From: a virus
Direction: 5' to 3' (one strand)
Virus record (IMG/VR): IMGVR_UViG_3300037225_000305
DNA length: 57,512 nt
This document shows, piece by piece, positions 16,479 to 24,451 of the stretch. The notes below the pieces were generated by a model. That model did not search any database. It was not told the DNA's origin and worked only from the letters and a program-made list of their open reading frames with translations. A program made the translations under genes and the position numbers. Numbering within the stretch: position 1 is the first letter of the stretch; the number at the start of each line of letters is the position of its first letter.

Positions 16479-17162
16479 ATGAGAACACAGACAGTTTACG
16501 TGAAACCGAATGACGCGACGGCGGTATTGCTGGTGGGTCGCGCGTTTCCAGGTGCGCGGGTTTCGAAGGTCGCCATCAACGTGCATGATGCGGGCGGAAT
16601 GGCGCTCACGTCGTATTGGAGCGGTGGGACGCGAGATTACCACGCGGTTGTGCGGCTGGCGGATATGCAGGTTTGGCAGGTGCCGGAGAATGGGTCTGGA
16701 TACAGCGCGGTGGATCGCGCGTTCGGCCCGGCTGGAATGCCGTTAGAATTACCGGCACCGGGCTTTGCTGTGGTGACGTTCACGGACGGTTGCTACAAGG
16801 CGGTATCGTGCCACATTCACAGGGATAACGCGGCGAAACTGATCGCGGCGCCGGTGGAAGTGACGTGGGCGGAAAAGGTTGTTCTGGTCGCTACCAGGGC
16901 GCTCAAGTCGAGCTACTGTGGCGTCAAGGATTACAGGTTTCAGGAAGCTCGACGCGATACCGGCATCACGCGGGCGGAATGGGACGCTGCGGTTTCGGTT
17001 TGCAAGTCGCGGGGTTTCTTGAATGCAGCCGGCGCGATCAGTATTGACGGGCGGAATGTGGCTGGTCACGCGGACCTGTATCGCATGAAGCGCGTGGCGG
17101 ACGATACCAAGCTCGGAGCGGACCGGCTGGTGGGCGAAACCGAAGCACGGACGGAGGTTTAA
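16479..17162 (+). CDS. Hypothetical protein (227 aa)
   Basis: ATG preceded by CCTGAGGAGGTCAATCA; long ORF with protein-like composition. Confidence 0.65.
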   Translation: MRTQTVYVKPNDATAVLLVGRAFPGARVSKVAINVHDAGGMALTSYWSGGTRDYHAVVRLADMQVWQVPENGSGYSAVDRAFGPAGMPLELPAPGFAVVTFTDGCYKAVSCHIHRDNAAKLIAAPVEVTWAEKVVLVATRALKSSYCGVKDYRFQEARRDTGITRAEWDAAVSVCKSRGFLNAAGAISIDGRNVAGHADLYRMKRVADDTKLGADRLVGETEARTEV

Positions 17163-17163
17163 C

Positions 17164-17412
17164 ATGGAGCGCGAAACCTACAAGGCGAAAAGCGGGCGGA
17201 CGTGCTTTAAGCCCGTGGCTACGGAAGCGGAAATGCGGCACGCGCTGTACCACGAGGCGAACATCGGCTGGTGTCTGGCTTGCGGCACGGAAACGGACGG
17301 AGTGGAGCCGGACGCGCGGCGGTACAAGTGCGAGAATTGCGGCGAAATGCTGGTGTACGGGTTGGAAGAATTGGTGATGATGAACCTGGTACATGTGACG
17401 GAGGCGAAATGA
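17164..17412 (+). CDS. Zinc-ribbon protein (82 aa)
   Basis: CLACGTE...CENCGE (CxxC-N17-CxxC). Confidence 0.6.
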   Translation: MERETYKAKSGRTCFKPVATEAEMRHALYHEANIGWCLACGTETDGVEPDARRYKCENCGEMLVYGLEELVMMNLVHVTEAK

Positions 17413-17651
17413 TCGCGACGTTCAACGAGAAGCACCACGCGGAACTATTCGAGGCAGCGCGGGCGGAAGGTTCGGCAATTGGCGCGGCTGTCCGTGAGCA
17501 CGGTTGGGTTGCGGCGGACCAGACGATAGCGCGGGCGGCAACGGGTTGGGTGAATCGCCAGCCGTTGAACAACATCAAGCTGGAAGTCGAGCTACGTTGG
17601 GCCTACATCATCGCGGCGGAAACGGCGGCGACGGCGGAAGTACTGCCGTAG
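17409..17651 (+). CDS. Hypothetical protein (80 aa)
   Basis: ATGA coupling at 17409-17412; MIATFNEKHHAELFEAARAEG... Confidence 0.55.
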   Translation: MIATFNEKHHAELFEAARAEGSAIGAAVREHGWVAADQTIARAATGWVNRQPLNNIKLEVELRWAYIIAAETAATAEVLP

Positions 17652-17665
17652 GGGATCTACCCGAT
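17651..17665 (+). promoter_or_regulatory. Conserved intergenic motif, copy b (GGGGATCTACCCGAT)
   Basis: Starts on the last base of the upstream TAG stop (17649-17651); 56 nt before ATG 17722. Confidence 0.4.
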
Positions 17666-17721
17666 AGCGCAGCGGGAGAAAAGAGCGCAAGATAAGTACA
17701 GCTCTGGGGAGAGCGAAAAAG

Positions 17722-18114
17722 ATGATCGACTACAAAGACATTTCAGACATCAAAGAGCGAAACCGGCAGATGGGGTTTCACTTTTTCGACACGGGCGCGC
17801 TGCGTTTCTTCCGGTCGCGGGTAAGCGATACGGTGTACCAGGGGCCGGGCGGAATCTATATCGTGACTTCCGAGCAATTCACGCTTGGCGAATATGCCGA
17901 GACGCGCAAGTACACGCCGCGCAAGTTCAACTGGGGAACGGGATCGTTTGAGCACTTTGACGGAGAGCCGGAGTTCAACACGTGCTCAAAGGCGGTCGCG
18001 CACAGGATCGCGCGACAGGCGGCAATGATTGACCCGGCAGTGAAGGCGGCAAATAACCTGTCACGCGCGGCGCTGGTCGAAGCGGCTTCAGAAGCGGTCG
18101 CGCTCGGAGAATAG
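17722..18114 (+). CDS. Hypothetical protein (130 aa)
   Basis: ATG-initiated ORF with protein-like composition. Confidence 0.65.
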   Translation: MIDYKDISDIKERNRQMGFHFFDTGALRFFRSRVSDTVYQGPGGIYIVTSEQFTLGEYAETRKYTPRKFNWGTGSFEHFDGEPEFNTCSKAVAHRIARQAAMIDPAVKAANNLSRAALVEAASEAVALGE

Positions 18115-18116
18115 CT

Positions 18117-18323
18117 ATGAGCGGCTTCGATTACATCCTCGGGCTTTTCGTGTGGACCTACCCCGCGCTGCGGCTGGCGCGGTGGGCTCGGCTGCGGCGG
18201 GCGCGAGTGGCGGTGGAGGCGCGGGTTAACCGGGCGCTGGCGGTGTGGCTGCCGGCTGGAGCTTGCGGCGAGGACCGGGTGCGGGTGTATCAATTCCACG
18301 GCTTGGGAGGTGATATGCGGTAA
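18117..18323 (+). CDS. Hypothetical small protein with hydrophobic N-terminus (68 aa)
   Basis: ATG 2 nt after the upstream stop; MSGFDYILGLFVWTYPALRLARW... Confidence 0.4.
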   Translation: MSGFDYILGLFVWTYPALRLARWARLRRARVAVEARVNRALAVWLPAGACGEDRVRVYQFHGLGGDMR

Positions 18324-18567
18324 GGCGAAAAGGCGGGCTACCGGGAGCGGGTAGCCCGTCAAAGCGGGCATCGGAAGCGTTTCAGACTCTCGGGGGAGCG
18401 TAGGGAGCGATAGCCGGTGCCCACTTTGGCGGAAAATGAGGATACGGACAGCAGTACAGGCTTCCAGGTTGCCGCGCGGGTTCATCGACCGCACGCAATC
18501 TCCTCAGCCGAAGGGCGGCCGGCCGGAAGGTGCCGCCCACGAGATTAGGCTTTAAGGAGTCGTAGCC

Positions 18568-18693
18568 ATGTGGATCTGGTGCGTGTTTATCGGGCTTCTG
18601 GCTGTGGATGCTGCGTTGTTCGCGGCGTCGTGGTGGAAGTACCGTGACGAGCGGCGGGAGAGGCGGGCGCGGCGGGTTCGGTGGGAGGACTGA
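18568..18693 (+). CDS. Single-pass membrane microprotein (41 aa)
   Basis: AAGGAG 8 nt upstream; MWIWCVFIGLLAVDAALFAASWWKYRDERRERRARRVRWED; stop overlaps the next ATG. Confidence 0.45.
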   Translation: MWIWCVFIGLLAVDAALFAASWWKYRDERRERRARRVRWED

Positions 18694-18884
18694 TGGCCTG
18701 CATTTGCGATATTCCAGACGGTTGCGGCGGGACAGGCAATCTCTACTGCGAGGGTTGCGGCGGCGATCTGTGCGTCTGCCCTGGCGGTGGCGACTTGGGA
18801 CCGTGCCCCGGCTGCGACGATTGCGACGGCGAGGCGGAAGACTGGGACGACTACGACGACTACCAGATCCCGGAGGACGAATAG
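18693..18884 (+). CDS. Cys-rich acidic microprotein (63 aa)
   Basis: MACICDIPDGCGGTGNLYCEGCGGDLCVCPGGGDLGPCPGCDDCDGE... (CxxC-type repeats, acidic tail). Confidence 0.5.
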   Translation: MACICDIPDGCGGTGNLYCEGCGGDLCVCPGGGDLGPCPGCDDCDGEAEDWDDYDDYQIPEDE

Positions 18885-18885
18885 C

Positions 18886-19050
18886 ATGGCACGCGACGTT
18901 GACATGCGGCTACCAGCGGACCCACCGAGCGAATGGTACGGCGAGAGTGTGTGGGATGACCGCGACATCGAATGCCCTATTTGCGGGGCGGCTGATGCGC
19001 GATGGTGCGACGAGGCCAAGCACGCGGCGGAAGAACGCGAAAAGGCTTGA
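18886..19050 (+). CDS. Small zinc-binding-type protein (54 aa)
   Basis: ATG 1 nt after the upstream TAG; ...DIECPICGAADARWCDE... Confidence 0.45.
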   Translation: MARDVDMRLPADPPSEWYGESVWDDRDIECPICGAADARWCDEAKHAAEEREKA

Positions 19051-19081
19051 CTACTTCCACGTAAAGGTTTACGCTAAGGGA

Positions 19082-19216
19082 ATGCAGATACAACACATCA
19101 AGATTCGGCACTGCCTGCGGTGTGCTCACAAGTGGTGGCCGCGTAATCCGACAACCGTGCCGAAGATTTGCCCGAAATGCAAGTCGGCGGGCTGGGCAAC
19201 CAAAAAGGAGAAGTAG
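19082..19216 (+). CDS. Zinc-ribbon microprotein (44 aa)
   Basis: MQIQHIKIRHCLRCAHKWWPRNPTTVPKICPKCKSAGWATKKEK (CxxC-N16-CxxC). Confidence 0.45.
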   Translation: MQIQHIKIRHCLRCAHKWWPRNPTTVPKICPKCKSAGWATKKEK

Positions 19217-19498
19217 ATGGAGTGGCCGATATACCTGCGCAATAAATCCGGCTTCATTCATCGCGTGGATATCACGGGTGAGACAACCCGAAGTTGGGTG
19301 TGCTCACGGTATGGGCGCGACACCAAGTACGCCAAGAAAGACCACCAGATAGCCACTGAGGATGAATACCGGAAAGACATCTGGCGTGACAAGCACCAGT
19401 ACCGCATCGGCCACCTGGTAGGGAATCGACTGCCATACGAGACCCTGAAAAAAATCGCAGACCTGATCGGTTACGACGAAACGAAGGAGAGCAAATGA
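19217..19498 (+). CDS. Hypothetical protein (93 aa)
   Basis: ATG directly after the upstream stop; protein-like. Confidence 0.6.
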   Translation: MEWPIYLRNKSGFIHRVDITGETTRSWVCSRYGRDTKYAKKDHQIATEDEYRKDIWRDKHQYRIGHLVGNRLPYETLKKIADLIGYDETKESK

Positions 19499-19701
19499 GC
19501 GAAGTTACGGAACGGGCAAGACTGCTGATCGAGAGCACGGCTAAGGCGGCGGAAGAGAAAGCCACGCTGGTAGCCGATTTGAACGCGCAGATTGACGACG
19601 CGAAAGCGGCCTTGGTGGCGCTTGGCGTGAAGCGGACGCGCCGGGTGAGCGCGGTGAAGGCGACCAAGCGGACGCGCAAACCGAAGGGAGAAGCGGCGTG
19701 A
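19495..19701 (+). CDS. Hypothetical coiled-coil/basic protein (68 aa)
   Basis: ATGA coupling; helical heptad-like N-terminus, Lys/Arg-rich tail. Confidence 0.55.
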   Translation: MSEVTERARLLIESTAKAAEEKATLVADLNAQIDDAKAALVALGVKRTRRVSAVKATKRTRKPKGEAA

Positions 19702-20027
19702 AGAAGGCTGGCACTGCCACCGCAAAGTGGCACACAGTTAAGGCCACCGACTATTACGGAGCTTTCGAGTCCATCGGTGATAACAAACTTAAAACCCGCA
19801 TGGATGTACTGGTCCGTTGGCCTGACAAGTCAATCACGGAAGAGAGGCTGATCGTGGTGGACGCCAACGGTTCCGCTCAGATAGACATGAACAACTGTCC
19901 TAACCATTTCAAAACCAGAGCGTTGTTTGTGCGGACTATGGTCCGTGGGTTGGCGGTATTGGTCCCCCTCAATGGACTCCGTGTAGCAATAGCAGCAAGA
20001 AAGCGGGAGCGTAAGGAGGCGGCATGA
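19698..20027 (+). CDS. Hypothetical protein (109 aa, GTG start)
   Basis: GTGA coupling; protein-like. Confidence 0.55.
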   Translation: MKKAGTATAKWHTVKATDYYGAFESIGDNKLKTRMDVLVRWPDKSITEERLIVVDANGSAQIDMNNCPNHFKTRALFVRTMVRGLAVLVPLNGLRVAIAARKRERKEAA

Positions 20028-20317
20028 CACGCGAGGGCGCAGGGCGCTACGACCACCTGCACGGCGACGAGGACGAGATCGCCGCCGCGCGGGTGGAGCG
20101 GGTCAGTAGTTGCGACGAGTGCGGCAGCACGGACGGCTGCTTGTGCTCAGTACGTGAGGCGCGGGAGAAAGAGTGGGAGCAGGCACACCCGCGCAAGACA
20201 GGCTATCCGTGCTCACTGTGCGGAGCATCCCCTTGCGAGAGTCCGACAGCGTGCAGGGCGCAGGCGCGGGCGGAAAACGAGGATCGAGATGAGCCAAGAC
20301 CTGATACGGAAGACTGA
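20024..20317 (+). CDS. Cys-rich hypothetical protein (97 aa)
   Basis: ATGA coupling; SCDECGSTDGCLC...PCSLCGASPC; the 3' end overlaps the next gene by 29 nt. Confidence 0.45.
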   Translation: MTREGAGRYDHLHGDEDEIAAARVERVSSCDECGSTDGCLCSVREAREKEWEQAHPRKTGYPCSLCGASPCESPTACRAQARAENEDRDEPRPDTED

Positions 20318-21008
20318 GCCGACCGTCCTGGAAGTCATCCAGGCGCTTGCGACCGACGAGCGGGTATCGGTCGAGAAACTGGCGGGCCTGATGGAGCTTC
20401 AGGTCCGCATGGAAGCACGCAACGCCGAGCGGGAGTTTAACATGGACCTCGCGGCGGCGATGGCCGAAATGCCGACTATTCGCAAGAATGCCGTCAAGGA
20501 CATGGGGGCCAAGGGCAGTATCCCCTACGCCACCTACGAAAAATTGGACAAAACAATTCGGCCAATCGAACGCAAGTACGGATTCTGCCGGATCTTCACG
20601 ACAGCGCCGTTGGAGAAGCCGGGTACGCTGATGACGTGCAAGTTACTCCATCGTGGAGGGCATAGCATTTCATCGACCCGGTACCAGCCACCGGACCCAG
20701 GACCGGGGCGCAACGAAACGCAGGCCATCGGAAGCGCCGACAGCTACGCACGGCGGTATCTCACGCTGGCGCTCTGGAACCTTGTAACCATCGGCGCAGA
20801 CGACGACGCGAACTCGGTCGATACGCTGACGGCCACGCAGTTGGAATCCATCACGGACATGGTGAACGATTGCGACTTGACGGCGGCGCGGCTGGCGAAG
20901 TTCCTGGAACTGATGCACGCCACTTCGCTGGACACCATCAAGCGGCACGAGTTCGACCGGGCGATGGAGACGCTTCGGAAGGCGCTGCGGGCAAAGGAGC
21001 CGAAATGA
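20289..21008 (+). CDS. Single-strand annealing protein, ERF-family-like (239 aa)
   Basis: QAIGSADSYARRYLTLALWNLVTIGADDDAN resembles the GSAxxYARRY...DDD signature I associate with ERF-type recombinases; sits next to an exonuclease gene. Confidence 0.6.
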   Translation: MSQDLIRKTEPTVLEVIQALATDERVSVEKLAGLMELQVRMEARNAEREFNMDLAAAMAEMPTIRKNAVKDMGAKGSIPYATYEKLDKTIRPIERKYGFCRIFTTAPLEKPGTLMTCKLLHRGGHSISSTRYQPPDPGPGRNETQAIGSADSYARRYLTLALWNLVTIGADDDANSVDTLTATQLESITDMVNDCDLTAARLAKFLELMHATSLDTIKRHEFDRAMETLRKALRAKEPK

Positions 21009-21730
21009 TAATCCACGAGGCAGAACAAGGCAGTGCGGAGTGGATTCGCTTGCGCTTGGGCATCCCCACGTCCAGCATGTTTGACCAGATCATCACGCCG
21101 AAAACGATGAAACTGTCATCGCAGGCGGCTGGATACATGAACATTCTGATTGCGGAGTGGATAACCGGCGAACAGGTAGAGCAATTCGAAAACGACTGGA
21201 CGCGCCACGGCATCGAGTACGAGGCAGAAGCGCGGGCGGCTTACGAGTTCTCAAGCGGGCAGGACGTGCGGCAGGTCGGCTTCGTCACGAGCGACGACGG
21301 CATGGTGGGCGCGAGTCCTGATGGCATGGTGGGCGACAACGCGCTCGTAGAGTTGAAGTGTCCGAAGGCCAACAACCACGTAGGCTACATGATTCAGTCC
21401 GACGTGAACGAGAAGTACAAGACCCAACTGCAAGGCCAACTGTGGGTATGTGAGCGCGAATACGTGGACATCCAGAGCTACTGCCCCGGTTTGCCCACGG
21501 TCGTGATCCGCGAGAACCGCGACGAGAAGTACATCGCGTTGTTGAGCGCCGCTGTGCGGGCGTTCGTGGACGTGATGCAGGAAACCCGCGTTCGGCTGAC
21601 CCAGAAGTACGGGCCATTCCCCGAGCGCAAGCGGCAGGCGCAGTCAGACGATGAACCTGGACCGCTCAACGTGTCCGACGAGGACGTTACCCAAATCATT
21701 AAGGCCGGCGTTTCGACGCCGCAATCGTAG
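21005..21730 (+). CDS. YqaJ-like viral recombinase exonuclease (PD-(D/E)XK) (241 aa)
   Basis: N-terminus QGSAEWIRLRLGIPTSSMFDQI and core SPDGMVGDNALVELKCP fit the YqaJ/lambda-Exo-type pattern; ATGA coupled to the SSAP gene. Confidence 0.65.
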   Translation: MIIHEAEQGSAEWIRLRLGIPTSSMFDQIITPKTMKLSSQAAGYMNILIAEWITGEQVEQFENDWTRHGIEYEAEARAAYEFSSGQDVRQVGFVTSDDGMVGASPDGMVGDNALVELKCPKANNHVGYMIQSDVNEKYKTQLQGQLWVCEREYVDIQSYCPGLPTVVIRENRDEKYIALLSAAVRAFVDVMQETRVRLTQKYGPFPERKRQAQSDDEPGPLNVSDEDVTQIIKAGVSTPQS

Positions 21731-21738
21731 GAGGACCG

Positions 21739-22200
21739 ATGACGAATTTAGAAGTAGCGCAGGGGTTCCGGCAACTTGCCGACCTGCTAGAGAACAATCC
21801 CGACATGGCGCAGCCGTACGAGGGCACCACCTCATCGCTGCTGTTCATGTCGCACAAAAAAGAACAATTTATCGCCACCATCAAGGCGTTCGGTAAGGGC
21901 ACCAAAACCAACGGCGGCGATACGCTGGACTTCACGCCGGAATTCCCGCTGAATTGCCGGGTGTTCGGCTTCAAGAGCGGCATCTGCGAGAAGCGTCCCG
22001 TCACGCGCGTGGTCCCGGCGACCGAGGCGCAGGTGATTCCTGAGCGGTTTATCTCGGCGGTACCGAAGCACGAGGTGACCACGATGGAGTACGTGTGCGA
22101 TCCGAGTTTCTTGCGCGTCGAGGACAAACCCGTCGAGGGCGTCGAACTGGCGTCGGCGGAACAGGTCGCGGAAATCAAGGAATCTTTGGAGGTGCTATGA
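21739..22200 (+). CDS. Hypothetical protein (153 aa)
   Basis: AGGAGG RBS; protein-like. Confidence 0.65.
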   Translation: MTNLEVAQGFRQLADLLENNPDMAQPYEGTTSSLLFMSHKKEQFIATIKAFGKGTKTNGGDTLDFTPEFPLNCRVFGFKSGICEKRPVTRVVPATEAQVIPERFISAVPKHEVTTMEYVCDPSFLRVEDKPVEGVELASAEQVAEIKESLEVL

Positions 22201-22493
22201 AAAAGGCAGTCAAGCCGTACGTGATCGTGAGAACCTACAGCGCCGGTGTCTTCGCCGGGACGCTCGAAAGCCGCAACGGAAAGGAAGTAGTCCTCTCTGC
22301 CGCGCGGCGGTTGTGGTACTGGGCGGGAGCGGCATCGCTCTCGCAGTTGGCGGTATCGGGAACCAGCAAACCCGCTGCCTGCAAATTCCCTGTTGCCGTG
22401 CCATCGGTGACACTGACCGAAGCTATCGAGATTCTGGATGTCACTCCAGCGGCACAGGCTTCCATCGCGGCGGTGAAGCTATGGAGCGAATAG
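22197..22493 (+). CDS. Hypothetical protein (98 aa)
   Basis: ATGA coupling; MKKAVKPYVIVRTYSAGVFAGTLESRNGKEVVLSAARRLWYWAGAASLSQLA... Confidence 0.6.
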   Translation: MKKAVKPYVIVRTYSAGVFAGTLESRNGKEVVLSAARRLWYWAGAASLSQLAVSGTSKPAACKFPVAVPSVTLTEAIEILDVTPAAQASIAAVKLWSE

Positions 22494-22753
22494 GCTCCGG
22501 CTCCGGCTCCGGCTACGGCTACGGCGACGGCTACGGCGACGGCTCCGGCGACGGCTACGGCGGCGGCTACGGCGACGGCTCCGGCGACGGCTCCGGCTCC
22601 GGCGACGGCTCCGGCTACGGCTCCGGCGACGGCTCCGGCGACGGCTCCGGCGACGGCTACGGCGGCGGCTACGGCGACGGCTCCGGCGACGGCTCCGGCT
22701 CCGGCGACGGCTCCGGCTACGGCTCCGGCGACGGCTCCGGCGACGGCGAATAA
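22481..22753 (+). CDS. Strict (Gly-X)42-Gly repeat protein, X = Ser/Asp/Tyr/Gly (90 aa)
   Basis: MERI then Gly at every second residue for 85 residues, ending GE; overlaps the upstream gene by 13 nt. Confidence 0.55.
   Translation: MERIGSGSGSGYGYGDGYGDGSGDGYGGGYGDGSGDGSGSGDGSGYGSGDGSGDGSGDGYGGGYGDGSGDGSGSGDGSGYGSGDGSGDGE
22493..22747 (+). repeat. Hexanucleotide tandem repeat (GGC-KMC/GRC)n with a perfect 102-nt higher-order duplication
   Basis: About 42 consecutive GGCNNC units. 22550..22651 is repeated at 22652..22747 (96 nt identical, read by eye). Confidence 0.9.
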
Positions 22754-22756
22754 TCT

Positions 22757-23455
22757 ATGAAGTGCTTCGCATACTGTAGAGTTTCGGGTTTGTCTCAGTT
22801 AGATGGAGATGGCTTTCCAAGGCAGCGGGAAGCCATCGAAACCTATGCGCGGGCGAACGACTTGCGAATAGTCCGATGGTTCCAAGAGAAGGCGGTCCCC
22901 GGCAAGACCGAGTGGGAAGACAGGCCCGCGTGGAGCGAGATGGTGGTATCGCTGAACGGCGTGCAGACCATCATCATCGAGAAGTTGGACCGACTAGCAC
23001 GCGACCTCTTGGCGCAAGAACATATCATCCTGGACTTGCAGCGGCGAGGCATCAATCTGGTGTCGGTTCACGAGCCTGATCTGATGGCGAAAGACCCGAC
23101 GCGCATTCTGATGCGGCAGATCATGGGTTCAATCGCGCAGTACGACCGAGCCATGCTGGTTCTGAAACTCCGGGCGTCCCGCGATCGCAAGAAGAAACTG
23201 ACAGGCCGGTGCGAGGGCGCGTTGGCGTACGGAGCACCAGGCACGGCACCGGAGGAACTGGAAGTGATGGAGCGGGTTCGGGCGCTGCGTGCCGAGGGCC
23301 TGACCTGGGCCGTTGTCGCGGACGAGTTGAACTCGATGGGGTACCGGACGCGGCCACGGCGCGGGACCGAGCAGGGCGCGGAGTGGTATCCGGGGACGTT
23401 GTGCCGGCTGTTCTTTGAGCCGGGTAGGGTAGCGAGGAAAAGGGAGAAAAAGTGA
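22757..23455 (+). CDS. Small serine recombinase (resolvase/invertase-type catalytic domain plus recombinase-like HTH) (232 aa)
   Basis: FAYCRVSGLSQ catalytic-Ser motif, IIIEKLDRLARD, C-terminal VVADELNSMGYRTRPRRG...WYPGTLCRLF. Confidence 0.8.
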   Translation: MKCFAYCRVSGLSQLDGDGFPRQREAIETYARANDLRIVRWFQEKAVPGKTEWEDRPAWSEMVVSLNGVQTIIIEKLDRLARDLLAQEHIILDLQRRGINLVSVHEPDLMAKDPTRILMRQIMGSIAQYDRAMLVLKLRASRDRKKKLTGRCEGALAYGAPGTAPEELEVMERVRALRAEGLTWAVVADELNSMGYRTRPRRGTEQGAEWYPGTLCRLFFEPGRVARKREKK

Positions 23456-23997
23456 AATTTACCGAATACCTGAAATACACATTCACCGATGCCGAGATCA
23501 CGGATGCGGCGAAGGAACTGGCGCGTGCCGCACAACAGCGGACGAGCCTCGAACAGCGCAAGAAAGAGGTCGATAGCCAACTGAAGGCCGACATCGAAGC
23601 GCAGAACAGCATCGTAGGGCGGCTGTCGTCCTACATCAACACCGGGTACGAATACCGGGACATTGAGTGCCGGGTCGAACTGGACACGCCGGAACAGGGC
23701 AAGAAGCGCATCGTGCGACTGGACACCGAAAAAGAGGTCAAGGTGGTTCCCATGACGGACATGGACCGGCAGATGCGGCTGGAGCTTCAGGAGAAGGCCG
23801 ACGCAGCGGACGCGGAGAAGGAAAAGGCGAAGGAACCCATCGTGACGCCGCCGCCGATTGTCCTGCAACTGCCGGAACCCGAGCCTGCCGTCGCGCCGCT
23901 GGCTTCGGTAACCGTGATGGGCGGAAGCCACCAGAAGCGCGAACGGCGCAAGCGGAACCCCGAGGCCGAGGCGTTCGCGGACGGCAGCGGAGAGTGA
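23452..23997 (+). CDS. Hypothetical coiled-coil protein (181 aa, GTG start)
   Basis: GTGA coupling; protein-like, acidic/basic heptads. Confidence 0.6.
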   Translation: MKFTEYLKYTFTDAEITDAAKELARAAQQRTSLEQRKKEVDSQLKADIEAQNSIVGRLSSYINTGYEYRDIECRVELDTPEQGKKRIVRLDTEKEVKVVPMTDMDRQMRLELQEKADAADAEKEKAKEPIVTPPPIVLQLPEPEPAVAPLASVTVMGGSHQKRERRKRNPEAEAFADGSGE

Positions 23998-23998
23998 C

Positions 23999-24451
23999 AT
24001 GGTGGTGCTTGCGATAGACCCCGGCCCGGAAGAATCCGCGTACATGTATTGGAACGGTGTGCAGATCGGTCAATTCGGCAAGATTCCCAACACGTTGATG
24101 TTGGAATTCATCACAGGCCGAACACCACAAGTTGAACGCTGCGTGATCGAGAAGGTCGCGTCGTTCGGAATGCCAGTCGGCGCGGAGGTCTTCGAGACTG
24201 TCTACTGGTCCGGGGTCTTCGCGCACGCCTTCGGTTTGGATCGCGTCAGCCGTATCACCCGGATCGAAATCAAGAACCACCTGTGCCACTCCAGCCGGGC
24301 GAAGGACGGCAACATCCGCCAGGCGTTGATTGACCGACTGGGAGCGCCGGGGACGAAGAAAGCGCCCGGCCCCACCTACGGGGTGTCTGCCGATATCTGG
24401 TCGGCGCTGGCGGTCGCGGTGACGTGGTGGGATGTTTACCGCGCGGGGTGA
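23999..24451 (+). CDS. RuvC-like Holliday-junction resolvase (150 aa)
   Basis: VLAIDPG (Asp), VIEKV (Glu), SADIWSALAVA (Asp) in RuvC-fold order. Confidence 0.55.
   Translation: MVVLAIDPGPEESAYMYWNGVQIGQFGKIPNTLMLEFITGRTPQVERCVIEKVASFGMPVGAEVFETVYWSGVFAHAFGLDRVSRITRIEIKNHLCHSSRAKDGNIRQALIDRLGAPGTKKAPGPTYGVSADIWSALAVAVTWWDVYRAG

Noticed and set aside
18334-18358. 9-bp GC hairpin (CGGGCTACC/GGTAGCCCG), and a second hairpin at 18513..18538, as rho-independent terminators
   Set aside because: No T-run follows on the plus strand. They may still be processing or pause sites in the 244-bp gap 18324..18567.
22493-22747. Possible CRISPR array or non-coding microsatellite
   Set aside because: The unit is 6 nt with no spacers, and it stays in frame with an ATG and a stop inside a coupled operon, so I read it as a repeat-encoded protein. 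No CRISPR-like repeat-spacer pattern was seen anywhere in the window.
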